A program made the translations under genes and the position numbers. A stretch of DNA of 63,430 nt, counting the filler, from Chiloscyllium plagiosum (taxonomy: Eukaryota), in assembly GCF_004010195.1 (NCBI RefSeq). It is 4 parts of one record of this genome, joined end to end, with 100 filler letters (N's around TTAATTAATTAA, not from the genome) between each part and the next. Parts side by side here need not be neighbours in the genome. Positions count along the whole stretch, not along the records: positions 61,917 to 63,430 come from NC_057716.1; 3 more parts are not named here. The stretch is one strand, 5' to 3'. The notes under the pieces are model-generated. The model was not told the origin of the DNA, searched no databases, and was given only the letters and a program-made list of their open reading frames with translations. Below are positions 61,917 to 63,430 of the stretch, one piece after another (the stretch's first letter is position 1; every line of letters begins with the position of its first letter).

Positions 61917-63430
61917 ACCCCACCCCCCATCACCAAACCATCATCTCCCAGATCATACACAACCACATCACCTCAGGAGATCTCCCACCCACAGCTTCCA
62001 ACCTCATAGTCTGGGAACCCCGCACTGCCTGGTTCTACCTCCTTCCCAAGATCCACAAGCCTGGCCACCCTGGCCGACCCATTGTCTCAGCATGCTCCTG
62101 CCTCACCGAACTCATCTCTACCTACCTCGACACTGTCCTATCCCCCCAGTCCAGGAACTCCCCACATACGTTCGAGACACCACCCACGCCCTCCACCTCC
62201 TCCAAGACTTCCGTTTTCCCGGCCCCCCGGCCTCATCTTCACCATGGATATCCAATCCCTCTACACCTCCATTCGCCATGACCAGGGCCTCCAAGCTCTC
62301 CATTTCTTCCTCTCCCAACATCCCCAACAGTACCCTTCCACTGACATTCTCATTCGTCTGGCCGAACTTGTCCTCACCCTTAACAATTTCTCCTTCGAAT
62401 CCTCCCACTGCCTCCAGACCAAAGGGGTAGCCATGGGCACACATATGGGCCCCAGCTATGCCTGTCTCTTTGTTGGCTACGTAGAACAGTCCATCTTCCA
62501 TAGTTACACTGGCACCACTCCCCACCTCTTCCTCCGCTACATTGATGACTGCATTGGCGCCACTTCGTGTTCCTGCGAGGAGGTTGAGCAATTCATCAAC
62601 TTCACCAACACATTCCACCCCGACCTTAAATTTACCTGGACCATCTCTGACACCTCCCTCCCCTTCCTGGACCTCTCCATCTCCATTAATAACGGCTGAC
62701 TTGACATCGACATTTTTTACAAACCCACCGACTCCCACAGCTACCTGGAATACACCTCTTCCCACCCTACCTCCTGCAAAAATGCCATCCCGCATTCCCA
62801 AGTCCTCCGCCTCCGCCGTAACTGCTCCCCAGAGGACCAGTTCCACTACAGAACACACCAGATGGCCTCCTGCTTTGGAGACCGCAATTTCCCTTCCCAC
62901 GTGGTTAAAGATGCCCTCCAATGCCTCTCGTCCACATCCTGCATCTCCGCCCTCTGACCCCACCCCTCCAACCGGAACAAGGACAGAACGCCCCTGGTGC
63001 TCACCTTCCACCCTCCCAACCTTCGCATAAACCAAATCATCCGCCGACATTTCCGCCACCTCCATAAAGACCCCACCACCAGGGATATATTTCCCTCCCC
63101 ACCCCTTTCCGCCTTCCGCAAAAACCGTTCCCTCCGTGACTACCTGGGCAGGTCCAAGCCCCACTACAACCCACCCTCCCATCCTGGCACCTTCCCTTGC
63201 CACCACAGGAATTGTAAAACCTGTGCCCACACCTCCTCCCTCACTTCCATCCAAGGCCCTAAAGGAGCCTTCCACATCCATCAAAGTTTTACCTGCACAT
63301 CCACTAATATCATTTATTGCATCTGTTGCTCCCGATGCAGTCTCCTCCACATTGTGGAGACTGGACGCCTCCTAGCAGAGTGCTTTAGGGAACATCTCTG
63401 GGACACCCGCACCAATCAACCACACCGCCC
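61917..63430 (+). mobile_element. Penelope-like element ORF (RT plus GIY-YIG), decayed, runs off the window
   Basis: [58 protein letters not shown]; frameshift and stops. Confidence 0.95.

Noticed and set aside
62118..63350. 410-aa minus-strand ORF
   Set aside because: Antisense shadow of the C-rich Penelope ORF.

Overview
Eukaryotic, repeat-dense genomic DNA, almost certainly from a shark (V-SINE/HE1-type SINEs and CR1/HER1-type LINEs dominate), from a draft assembly with several N-gaps; three gaps carry an artificial TTAATTAATTAA linker. About two thirds is decayed transposable element: many CR1 copies (one near full length with an esterase ORF1), Penelope-like elements (RT plus GIY-YIG), Gypsy, Tx1, Rex1/Babar, Harbinger and pogo/Tigger relics, and a decayed endogenous retrovirus (gag CCHC, protease, RNase H, integrase tail, PPT, LTR). 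The only recognisable host coding sequence is the last coding exon of AIP (47884-48086, minus), which sits alone in a GC-rich block wedged inside a CR1. The most interesting signal is two families of short, apparently non-autonomous Penelope-derived elements carrying minimal hammerhead ribozyme motifs. They make 11-14 bp target duplications, form foldback palindromes, and twice hit the same CR1 site. All family assignments are from motif recognition by eye, without database searches; element boundaries are approximate.
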